Part shown: positions 49,213 through 60,723 of the stretch, in pieces
How the letters are laid out: each line of letters opens with the position of its first letter
Position numbering within the stretch: the first letter of the stretch is position 1
Origin: Azolla caroliniana
Taxonomy: Eukaryota; Plantae; Polypodiophyta
Assembly (NCBI GenBank): GCA_043228905.1
Contig: JBHGNT010000022.1
Location: 1,798,001-1,862,000 of the forward strand
Length of the DNA stretch: 64,000 nt
Reading direction: 5' to 3'
Notes under the pieces: generated by a model
What the model was told of the DNA's origin: nothing
Seen by the model: only the letters and a program-made list of their open reading frames with translations
Databases searched by the model: none
Made by a program: the position numbers and the translations under genes

Positions 49213-52200
49213 ACATCGATACCTGGACCAGAGCCTTTTATAGGTCTATGGTTCTACGTTACAAAACGGTGCCTAACCCGCAACCGGCTACGAATCGGTC
49301 CGGATCCGGATTGGCATACCTATTCCGGATCCGTCCGTTCCTATAATAATTCTTACTATTAATATTATTATTATATACGGAACTGGCTCGTCCCTTTTCC
49401 CTATTACATACTTTGGCCGCCACTGGCCAACACATGGCACGCCCGTGGGATAGTACATTGTACTTTGAACCCACATGCCTTGATGGATATCTTTCTTCGA
49501 CCGGAACTTCCATCGGTCCTGTCATCGATCGACTCTCTCAATCAGAATGCTTGACTCGAACATCTCCTTCCGTCAGCAAATCTAACTCGACACGAACATT
49601 CCCGTTCTGTTGGTTCATGAACTTTGCCATGGGTCCAAAATTACGTTGTGAGTATGTGTTTTCTTCCGTGAGTGATCTTGTGAGTTGTGAATATATCTCG
49701 TCCATTTCTTTTAGGTTGATGAGTTTTGAAATTTTTTCTCTGTCCTTTAATTTTTAAAATTTGATGCGTTACCCTCGCTTTTAAAATTCTATTGAGTACC
49801 CTCTAGTTTTTAAATTTTTGCCTCATGCCCCTGTCTTCTTGTCTTCTATTTTTCCTCTCTTTTTTCTTCTTCTCAATTTCATATTGTTATAATTTTAGAA
49901 TTGCTTTTAGGTCATTTTTTTCCTCCCAGTTTGTGTGTCTTTTTCTGTTTTTCTCTCTTTCTTCCTTAGCTTCTTATTGTTTTTCTCTTCTTCTTCTTCT
50001 TCTTCTTCTTCTTCTTGTCTCTCTCTATTCTTCTTCTTCTACTATTTCTTTGTCGTTATGCATCCCTGCATTGTCCTGTCTGGTGCATGTCCATCTGGTC
50101 CGGTCCGGTCATCTTTGTGCATTTCGGTCATCGGTCTATCCGTCGCTCATAGCCTCATTCAGCCACCGTTCAAATTGCTCTTCGTCCGTGTCATTTCCGC
50201 CAACATATGTGGATATACTTAATCGAGAAGAAGAGCAAAGTCTTTTTGTGCTTTCGGGACTTAAAGAATCATGTAGAACGAGAAAACGAAAGGAAGATCA
50301 AGTTTCTGAGATCGGATGACGGAAAAGAGTACTTTTCCCGTCAGTTCACAAATTATCTACAGACGAAGGGAATCCAACGAGAGTTCTCCTGTAGATACAC
50401 GCCGGAGCAGAATGATGTGGCCGAACGTCGGAATTAGACGTTGGTAGAAGTGGCAAGGGTGACGTTAGAAGAGAAGTGCATGCCCCGGATTTAATTGGCC
50501 GAAGAAATTCGGACAGTTGTCTACATACAGAATCAAATATCTACCTCAGGGATAAAGTTGTCGCCGCATGAACTGTATTTCAAGCAAAAGCCGAATTTGG
50601 CGCACCTTCGAGTATTTGGCAGTATTGCGTATGTGCATGTGCCGGATGAGAAGCAAAAGAAGCTGATGCCAGGGCCGAGAAGTGTATCTTGGTTGGCTAC
50701 TCCGACAAGCAAAAGGGGTACAAATGCTTCGAAGTAAGTCTGAGTTAGTCGTGATGCCGTTTTCGACGAATCGGCATCCTGGTACTTCTCATCACCCGAT
50801 CCCGAGCTGATTGTTGCAAATGAGACAGCGGAACCCAAATAGAGGGATAGTTCGACTTCTCTATGGATTACTGGACTGAATCCAAACTGATTGAGCCGGA
50901 GTGGTCAACTGGATGATGAGCCGGCGAGTAGTGAAGACTAGGTCATGCTCTCCCCGCGTAAGGAACCGAGGAGACGGTTCATGCACAAAGAGAAGGGGAA
51001 GAAAAAGATGTCGGAATATGATAACAATAGAGATGAGTCGGATTGGAGCGGATCTGATTCCAGAGGGAACGAAGATGAACCTTTGAAAACGAAGTCTGCG
51101 TTGGTCGAGAGGGCCAAGAAATCGGTGAACCAAAAGTTTCGTCATTCCACCCGCCAAAAGCACCCTGTAATTTGTTATGGATATAATGAGTATATGGCAT
51201 ACCATTATGCGTACATGGCGAAGGTGGCACCGATGCATGAGCTGGATAGCTACGTAGAAGCGCCTAAGGATCCGAACTGGTTGAAGGCCATGGAGGAAGA
51301 GATGCACGCCCTCACGGAGAATGAGACGTGGGATTTAGTGGACATACTGAAAGGAGTGAAGCCGATCGATTGTCGATGGGTATACAAGGTTAAATACAAA
51401 GTCAACGGCTCCGTCAACAGGTACAAGGCACGGTTAGTGGCAAAGGGCTACATGTAGCCGTACAACATCAATTACGATGAGACGTTCACGCCGGTCGCAA
51501 AGATGAAGACCGTCCTGTCTTGTTTGCGATGGCAGCATCGAAGAGGTGGCATCTACATCAAATGGATATAAAGAATGCGTTCCTGCAAGGTGATCTTCAA
51601 CAGTAGGTATATATGGTTCAGCGCCCCGGATTTCAGTCCGGAATGAACAGATCGGCGGTGTGCCGACGAAAGAAGTCCTTTACGGACTAAAGCAAGCCCC
51701 ACCTGCCTAGAATGCGAAAATCATGTAGAGATTGCATAAGATTGGCTTTGCTACGTCGAAATCAGACACTTCCCTCTTCATCTAACCAGGTCGGAATAGG
51801 TCGATGAGCATTTTTCTCTATGTGGATGATCTTTTCATCATCAGCGCGGGTCTGGACGAAATAGGCTGCATAAAAGCCTAGCTTGCGGCATTGTTTGAAA
51901 TGAAGGATCTCGGTGACCTTCATTACTTCCTCGGGATCGAAGTGATCCGCACCCCCAAAGGCATACTGATCAGCGAGGGGATTACGTGTTGAGTATGCTC
52001 TTCAAGTTCGGTATGAAGCTTCGCCCCAACTTTGGAACGACATGTGACCCGAAATGGTTCCGACACATCGTCAGAAGCCTTATTTATTTCACCATCACCT
52101 GGCCAAACCTCAACTATTCGGTGGGAATAATTAGTCAATTTATGGAACATCCAACTGGGGAGCACCTTTAGTGCGTGCACCGGATACTCAGTGTCGAATA

Positions 52201-53628
52201 CGAGTGTATAATGGCCGTATTCACACTGTCCCTTTGGACAGCCCAAGTTCGGGCTATTTTTGTAAATAGCATAAAGGGCAGTTGCCCTAGGATAGTCACT
52301 ATATAAAGTGACTTTGTAACCTTTAGTGAGGGTTGTTGTTGGTTGTCATTTGTAACGATTGCTATTGCAATATAACGTTCATTTTGTGCCTCTCTCTCTC
52401 TCTCTCCCTCTGTGTCTATCTTGCTCGCGCATACATAGGTTCTTCTTCATCACGAATGTTGCTTGTACTTCCGCACTGACGGCCTTGTCCCCAACATTTG
52501 GTATCAAAGCGTTGGAGGTTCTTCAACCCGCTGCTGGCCGTCATCGCACAACATTCTGTTTTTCGTTTTCTTTGAAGAACAGAGAAGGGGTGCGGATGAA
52601 AGAATCCGATTCGGTCCAGGCACACCTCAACTAGTATGAAAACATAAGCTCCCAAATCTCGTCTCAGGGGATGGCAATCGAGGATGAACTCAGAGCAATG
52701 ATACTCATGAGTAGTCTCCCCTCTTCATGGGAAACTTTCGTTACAACCGTGTGCAATGCTTCAACAGCTACCGTTAAGTACTCCGAAGTCATGAGCGCAA
52801 TCCTGACTAAAGTAGCTCGGAGAAAGTCTTTCGCCAAAGACTCGGCAGATGAAGCTTACATAGTACAAGGTTTGACCGACCGATCGAACAACCGGGGAAG
52901 AAGTTCTTCCCAACCGGCGAACAATCAGCAAACCCGGAGCAAGTCCCGGGACAACTGAATTTGCAACTGCTGCAGGAAATCGGGAAACATCAAAGTCGAC
53001 TGCCGGGCACTCAAAGCAAAAACTGACAAAGCTCAGAGAACGAATCAAAAGAGTAGCTGGCATGAGGAGGTCAACTACGTCAGCTCTTCAACCGAAATTT
53101 TGACGACCGACCCGAACATATTGTCCATAGAGAACCCACTCGAATCAGAAGTTCTACTTACGGCTGAGGAATCGAGCACATGGCTCCTGGACTCGGGTGG
53201 ATCGTATCATGTGACACCTCACCGATCTCAGTTTCGGCAATACTCGGATCGGCACTCCGACTCAGTTCGAGTCGGAAACTCGTAGCACTGTGCTATAATC
53301 GGAATCGGCACCGTAGAGCTCAATCTTCCGGGAGGCTCTACACTCGTACTACACAACGTCCGACACGTTCCTGAGCTCTCAAGACTCTTGATCTCAGTCG
53401 GACAACTTGACGAAGCCGGCATCTGTGTCGGATTCTCATCAGGAGGGTGGACACTACACAAAGGGAACCTCCTGCTTGCTCGAGGACCAAAGGTACATTC
53501 CTTGTATCCTTTATATGTCACACTCAAAGAGGGTGACTTATTTTTGGTTGATATCCCCGTGTCAATGTTATGGCACGGACGACTTGGACACCTCAGTAAG
53601 GCCGGCATAACGCACCTATGCAGAACCG

Positions 53629-55302
53629 GTGTTGTGTTGCCGGTGTCTCCATTGCTGCCATTACTGTTGTTATTCACATCCCTTTTCATCTTCATCATCT
53701 TCTTCTTCTGCTTCTTCTACGGCTTCTTGTAACCATGTATGTTACATCTCCAAACTCTCCTCCTCGGATCACCAATTCTGCGAGCATTGCCAGTACGGCA
53801 AACAAGTAGCCACATCACACCCGACATCAACACCAAGAGAATCGAGTCCCCTCGATTTGGTCCACTCGGACGTCTGTGGCCCGATGCCACATCAGTCTCT
53901 CGGCGGTGCTTCGTACTTCGTCAGTTTTATTGACGACGCGACTTGGAAGGTGTGGGCTTACCCCATCAGAACCAAAGATCGGGTGTTCTCGATCTTCTCC
54001 GAATGGCTTGCAATAGTCAAAGATCAGACTGGTCAGAAACTGAAATGTCTCCGAACCGACAATGGAGGAGAATTCAAGTCTGAAGAATTCGTCAAATTCT
54101 GCCGGGAACGCGGCATTCGACCTGTATATACGACACCCTATAGTTTGGAGCAGAACGGAATTGCTGAACGCATGAATCAAACGATTCAAGAATGTGTAGT
54201 ATCCATGCTCCAACACTCTGGACTGTCGGATGGCTTCTGGGCGGAGGCTTTACTTATGGCAGTACACATAATAAATATGTCACCAAGTAGACCTCTAGGA
54301 CTTCAAATACCTCAGGAAATATGGACCGACAGTAAGCCAAATTATGAAAAATTGAGGATCTTCGGTTTCAAGGCGTATGCTCTCATACCGAAAGACAACC
54401 ACCGGAAACTCGAACCAAGGTCAAGGAAATGTGTTTTTCTTGGATATGGACTCGACGGCGAGATCAGATACCGACTCTGGGAGCCCGAGCATAGACAAAT
54501 TGTCCGAAGTTCGGACGTCGTGTTCAACGAGTCGGCCATGCATAAAATGGCCGAAAGACCTATTGAAGTCCGAAGGGTAATATTTTTTGAAGTGCCAACC
54601 CTTCATGACGGCCCAGCACACAACACGAGATCGGTTTCATGGGTAATCGACAACTCTCGTACCGAATCCACCTATTCGGCACAGTCGAATGGCTCGGCTC
54701 CCGACTATCTGACATTGACACCCGGTGCGACTAGTCCAGTAATACCTCGCAGATCTGAGAGACTCTCGCAACCTCCAGAGAGGTACTCTCCTGGAATTTT
54801 CTTTACCGACGTCGGCAAACTGACTTCTTACGAAGAAGCATCGGCATCTTCCGATTCAGCCACATGGCATCTAGCGATGGAGTCGGAAATGCACTCCATT
54901 CGGGCAAACAAGACTTGGGACTTGGTCGAATTGCCGAAGAATCGACGTGCTCTTCCGTGTAAGTGGGTCTATCGACTAAAAGAGACATCCGACTCGACCA
55001 CCCCAAAGTACAAGGCCAGATTAGTTGTGAAGGGATTTCGACAAGAATATGGCGTCGACTTCGACGAAATCTTTTCACCAGTGGTGAAAATGACAACCCT
55101 TCGTTTCATGCTTAGTGTTGTGGCCGTCGAAAACTTGGAGCTGATTCAGCTAGATGTAAAAATGGCATTCCTCCATGGTGACCTACAGGAGGAAATCTAT
55201 ATGGAGGAGCCGAAAGGCTTTGTGGCATCCGACCAGGAACATCTAGTTTTCCGACTTAGGAAGAGTCTCTACGACCTCAAACAGGCACCCCGACAGTGGT
55301 AA
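53629..55302 (+). pseudogene. copia B2 integrase and RT N-terminus
   Basis: HSDVCGP, RTDNGGEF, QLDVKMAF; premature stop at 55300. Confidence 0.88.
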
Positions 55303-55607
55303 AAGAAGTTCGACGACTTCATCCAATTGGTTGGCTTCTCAAAGAGCGATGAGGACCACTATCTCTTTACCAAAACAGCTCAAGATGGGTCTCCCGTCTT
55401 CCTCATCATCTACGTGGACGACATGCTCCTCTCCGGCTGGCATGCTGGAGAACTCACTGAACTCGTTTGGAAACTGCAATTGAAGTTTGCAATGAAGGAC
55501 CTCGGTCCGACAAGACACATACTTGGTATGAAAATCAGTCGGCATTGCGATACACGACAACTTTTCTTGTCTCAAACTGACTACATCGGACGTGTCTTGG
55601 AACGCTT

Positions 55608-56426
55608 TGTTGAGAACTAGTCGTTCCTTATGCTCAACACTCGGCCACAACCGAGCTTAGAATCATACACAGAAAACGGGAAGTAAATGCACGACACAAA
55701 GGAGAGAAAAGGTACACAAGATGTTTATGTGGAAAACCCAAACTAAGGGAAAAACCATGGCAACCCACAGGCTGCAAACTATCACTATGTTGGAATGTAC
55801 AAACAGTGAGTTCACGGAGGCAACGACCTCATGCTCACTATCTTCGCCACAGGCGGCGGTTACAACAGAGGCATCGACCTCTTTCTCTCTCTCTCTCTCT
55901 CTGTACACTATTACACACTCTAATCTCGTGCAAAACAGGAATGACAACAACAACCAAACACTAAAAGTTTGCCCTAAGTCATATTTATACTAATATGACT
56001 TTTCGGCTATTTACAAATATAGCCTCAATGGACTCTCAGAAACATATTTACGAATATGTCTCTTCATCCGGTTCTCACCGGGTCTGCACCATCTGGCTCT
56101 CCGTAGCCGGGTACTCCTCATCCGGATCTCACCGGATCTGCGTCATCCGGCTCTCCGTAGCCGGGTACTCCTCATCCGGTTCTCACCGGGTCTGCGTCAT
56201 CCGGCTCTCCGTAGCCAGGTACTCCTCATCTGGTTCTCACTGGGTCTGCGTCATCCGGCTCTCTGTAGCCGGGTACTCCTCATCCGGTTCATACCGGGTC
56301 TGCGTCATCCGGCTCTCCGTAGCCGGGTACTCCTCATCCGGTTCTCACCGGGTCTGCACCATCAGGCTCTCCGTAGCCGGGTACTCCTCATCCGGTTTCC
56401 CATCCGGAGGGACCTGTCTCCCAACA
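55608..56426 (-). mobile_element. Solo LTR related to copia C, inserted in B2 RT
   Basis: TG...CA, perfect TSD CGCTT at 55603-55607 and 56427-56431; minus-strand start TGTTGGGAGACAGGTCCCTCCGGATG resembles 26842. Confidence 0.93.
56064..56396. repeat. 54-bp tandem array (about 6 copies) in the solo LTR U3
   Basis: TCATCCGGTTCTCACCGGGTCTGCGTCATCCGGCTCTCCGTAGCCGGGTACTCC repeated. Confidence 0.95.
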
Positions 56427-58350
56427 CGCTTCAACATGCACTCGGCCAAGTCTGCTTCGACCCCGCTCCCCATCAACCTTTGGTTGTCTCAGCGAGACTG
56501 CTTGACATCCGGTTCGGAGGGGGAAGATATGAAGTCGATACCGTATGCACAGGCAATCGGCTCCCTGATGTACGCGATGGTCACGACACGGCCTGATATT
56601 TCTCATGCCGTAGGAGTCATCAACAGATTCATGCACAACCCCGGCCGATCGCACTGGAACGCAGTCAAGCAAGTGTTCAGATATCTCGCTGGCACAAAAG
56701 ACCACGACATTCTTTTCGGCCCGAACTCAACCTCAGGCGTAGTCGGTTACACCGACTCAGACTTCGCCGGCTGTGTGGACAGTCGGAAATGAACAATCGG
56801 ATATTGTTTCAAATTCGGCAATGGAACAATCTCGTGGAAATCAAAACTTCAGGAGTGCATAACCACCTCAACAACCGAAGCGGAATATGTAGCTGCGTCC
56901 GACGCGACAAAAGAAGCTTTATGGCTTGGTCGACTGGCGCACACGTTTCGGCAGGTCAACTCCGACTCGGCTCCAGTTGTCTACAACGACAGTCAGGGTG
57001 CTGTTGCTTTGTCAAAAAATCCGGTTCACAACAACGCCTCTAAGCATATCGACGTTCGATATCACTTCGTTCGGGACTGCGTCATTTCAGGGAAAATCGG
57101 TCGAGAGAAGATATCCACAACTGATAATGTCGTAGATGGAATGACCAAGTGTATTTCGGCGGATCGTTTCCGGTCCCTTCGGCACCAGATGGGCGTAACG
57201 AAAAATCGGTCCGGTTACAATCAGACACACAACACAGGACGGTTTCGGACAACCGACATCGGTTCTCTGAGGATCGGCTTCAGCTCTTCCGACCCGACCG
57301 GTTCGGTCTTCTGTCTTCGGATCTTGCCGACTCTGACAAAACCGATCTGTCCGATAAACCTTGTATATATACCTGGAGCAGCGAGTAGCAGCCGACAGTA
57401 GCACTGTGGAGCACTGAGGCTGAATACTGAGGAGCGGTTGTCGCAACATGCGAAGCCATATGGCTCAAGCGGGTACAGAAGGATCTGCAGATGGAGGTGT
57501 CCGACCCGACGATGATCCATTGTGACAATCTCAACAGTATCCAACTGGCGAAGAACTTTGTTTTCCACGCCGGACCAAGAAAACCTTTAGGTGTACTACC
57601 ATTTTGTCCGTGAACGTGTCCTCTCTAGTGAGATCGAACTAGTATACGTTTCGACAGATCGGTAGGTGGCCGATATCTTCCTCAAACCCTTAGGTCTTGA
57701 CAAGTTGCGGCAATTCTCAGGCATGCTTGGTGTGCAACACCTCGATATGCCGAACTTAAGGGGGAGGAATGAAAGGAATAAAAGGGGAAGAGATTGTCAA
57801 AACGAACTACGGAATCAAGCCGAGAAAGAAGATGTCTGGAAAACCGAATCAGATACCGATTTCAATTTCGGTTCGACTAAAGAAGTCAGAATGTTCGGAT
57901 CAGATGAAGAAGGTAAGGACGGATGGACATGCACAGATAGAATGGACAAGTGGAGACTTGTCAAACGCAGGGGGAGCGACCACAAAGGGAAGCCGGAGCC
58001 GAAGCCAACCAAGGAAGGGGGGAGGCAAAGCCAAGAAGGGCAACAAGGTCAAGACACGGACATGGTCCGATGTTGTGAAGGGCTTGCAGACTGAAGACAA
58101 GTTGGAGACAGCCAACTCGGGCAAAAGTGGGAACGAATAAGAGACAATTGATTCGATTGAGATGTTTGTTTCGGAGGAGCCGAATCGACTAGAGGCCAAA
58201 GGCCAAGGGAGCAGACAAGCGGATTGAGAAGGTCAAGGTGCGCGGAATTGAACGGGTGAAGGAGTGCGAGAAGAGGCCAGAAGAAGCTAACTGCAAAGCT
58301 CAACAAACACTAACAACACGATCCAACCTCAAGTTGAGCTTGAGGGGGAG

Positions 58351-58825
58351 TGTTGTGCGGACAAACTCAACCGGATCTGGATCGGCTCAATAAGCTAGAG
58401 CCGGATCGTATCTGGATCAGTGTTCGGATCATATCTGGAATGAAGGGGTCGGATCAGTATCCGGAACTAGGAGTTGGATTGGAGAATTAGATCATAATCC
58501 GGATCAGATCGGGTTGTAACTAGTAGGTCGTTAGAGGCCTACGAATCTAGCCTAGTATGTAGGCATATTTTTGGGAGTCAGTATCAGTCGCTCGTATGAG
58601 CATTGAAGTACATGTCAGTACTTCTGTCAGTCCGTGTAAGGACTTGTATAAAAGTGCTCTCTGAGCACATTCTATGTAAAGAGCATTATTATTTGAATTA
58701 AGTTTTCTGTTCTGCTCTCTCTGTCTCTCCCGTGTATTCAAGGTTTCCATTAAGCCTCCGTTCTGTGTTCTGTTGTTATCCGGACTAGCCGGTTTTGTCT
58801 TAGCTTTTGCACAATATCCTTTACA
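58351..58825 (+). repeat. 3' LTR of a family A copia
   Basis: PPT GAGGGGGAG then TGTTGTGCGG...TTTACA. Confidence 0.88.
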
Positions 58826-59357
58826 GTATGGATTCGAAGAAGACATGTTTACCTCACATGAAGCAGCTTCCCAAAGACATCAATGATGATTGTCTAGGCT
58901 CACATGCGCTTGGTGGGATGCTTGGCTTATAATGGCTCAGTTAGACGTCACGTCTTTGTTACTTACCCGAATGTCAACAATGACCCCAACTTGACTGTTA
59001 CAATGATTCAAAGGGTTTTGAGGTGTTGGGGTCATCCGTTTCCCCCCAGTTCTCTACATTCAATTGGATAATACAGCTAGGGAGAACAAGAATTCAACTG
59101 TCTTCGGATATTTGAGTATGTTGGTCAACCAAGGATTGTTTAAGAAAGTGAAAGTTAATTTTCTCTTGGTTGGACACACACATAATCATATTGATCAGAT
59201 GTTCAGTACATTCTCTAGACAGTTGTCTCGATATGATGCTTTCACTTTACCAAAATTATTTGATGTTATTTATGATGCATACATGCTACGTCCGAATGTG
59301 TTCCACTTAAAGGAGATATATGACTTTAAGATATACATATCAGAGACACATGCTTGA
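58826..59357 (+). pseudogene. DNA transposon DDD transposase remnant (Sola1-like)
   Basis: MDSKKTCLPH...PK, LYIQLDNTARENKN, FLLVGHTHNHIDQMFS motifs with frameshifts. Confidence 0.7.
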
Positions 59358-59448
59358 GGTGCCTCTCCGATACTGAAGTATCCACTTTACTATTGCCCAA
59401 TGCCCTCTTCTGGGGTTGCTCATGTATCGACCAACGATTCCATGTAAA

Positions 59449-59661
59449 TTTGATCTAATCATAACACAACCCAAACAGAAGTTGAGGGACAAGGTTGTTA
59501 TGAAATCTTATTATCATGAAAACATACCATTTCTCATCCTTTTTTATTGTGCCCATGCCAAAAAGGGCAATTTCAATATTTAGTTTGATGTAATCATAAC
59601 ACAAACCAAATAGGAGTTGAGGGACAAGGTTGGTATGAAAATCTTCTTATCACGAAAATAT
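59449..59661. repeat. Direct repeat pair (about 77 bp)
   Basis: TTTGAT.TAATCATAACACAA.CCAAA.AG.AGTTGAGGGACAAGGTTG.TATGAAA at 59449 and 59584. Confidence 0.75.
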
Positions 59662-59811
59662 AAAATTTATTGTCTTTTTATAGTGTCCTTGCCAAAGAGG
59701 GCCTACTAGGGTTTAGGGTTTGCCATGTCCATTGCAAAGGGTCCCAATTAACCTTACATAGCCATGTGTTTTCGAGAGTACATATGTGCCAATCTGGTTG
59801 TACTTTGATAG

Positions 59812-60269
59812 GATCAGGATCTACAATCCATTTATGCCCAGTAAACGCTAGTACTCGAATTGCCTTATTCTGTGTTGGTGTCTCATTGACTTGCAATTCA
59901 GACCTTGCGATCCTGTCTAGTGTTTCCTTACCTCTTGGGAGCAAAGAGCCCTCCTCCTCATAGCCTATCAATTTCTCTATTGTCGTCCTTTGATTAGCAG
60001 CTTCCCTAATAAGTAAAGCGTTAATGATTTCAGATCTCATAGCCCATCCGCCCCTGATTCCATGGAGTATGTTGGCTTGGCTGCTAATCAAAAGACGACA
60101 ATAGAGAAATGGATAGGCTACGAGGAGGAGGGCTCTTTGCTCCCAAGAGGTAAGGAAACACTAGACAGGACTGCAAGCTCTGAATTGCAAGACAATGAGA
60201 CACTAACACAAAATAAGGCAATTCGAGTACTAGCGTTTACTAGGCATAAATGGATTGTAGATCCTGATC
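59812..60269. repeat. Inverted repeat, 190-bp arms with a 78-bp spacer
   Basis: 59812-60001 is the reverse complement of 60080-60269 with about 10 mismatches; ORFs 59678-60091(-) and 60062-60346(+) share a peptide. Confidence 0.93.
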
Positions 60270-60596
60270 TGTTGAGATACAAGCTCAACATTGGTCGAAT
60301 TGGCTGTGCAAGCCAAGAACCGGATCAGTTGGGACTGATCGGTTAGGCTGGACCGGTGCGTAAACCGGGTGCGTAAATCGGTGCACAACGAGAAGGCGTA
60401 GCGGTGCATAAACCGCGAGGCCGTTTGAAAGATATTCCGCGTAGGAATATATTTTGGGAGTTAGTGTAGAGCTCATTTATGAGCATTGAAGTACGTGTCA
60501 GTACTTCTGTTAGTCTGTATGGACTTGTATAAAAGTGCTCATTGAGCACATTCTATGTATAGACTGAGTATTATTTTTTAATAGAGTTATGTGTAT

Positions 60597-60636
<40 letters not shown>

Positions 60637-60723
60637 GCGTACTGTGTGTGTCCAAGGTCTCCATTAAACCTATGTTTTCCTAGGTTCTACTTTCTGTTGC
60701 TTCCGCACGTTGTTCTTTTCACA
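60270..60723 (+). repeat. 5' LTR of copia A6
   Basis: TGTTGAGATACAAGCTCAAC...TTCACA plus PBS. Confidence 0.9.

Larger units (their letters stand above)
52192..57372 (+). mobile_element. Degenerate copia B2 (same family as B1); 3' LTR deleted
   Basis: LTR 52192-52496 begins TGTCGAATAC like B1, PBS-like TGGTATCAAAGC at 52499-52510, pol remnants 53100-57200 closely similar to B1. Confidence 0.9.
41486..58825 (+). mobile_element. Fragmented copia A4 (possibly a chimera of two copies) hosting several insertions; A-family pieces at 41486-42549, 42977-43233, 50205-52191, 57373-58825
   Basis: 5' LTR 41486-41871 plus PBS 41872-41883; INT/RT remnants; RH, PPT and 3' LTR 58351-58825; flanks CTTGG and GTATG do not form a TSD. 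Confidence 0.7.

Noticed and set aside
49825-50319. Hydrophobic membrane-protein-like ORF
   Set aside because: Derived from T/C-rich microsatellite sequence.
55995-56792. 265-aa ORF with 18-aa repeats, and a CRISPR-like appearance of the array
   Set aside because: It is a 54-bp tandem repeat in an LTR with no unique spacers; the frame runs by chance into B2 RT.
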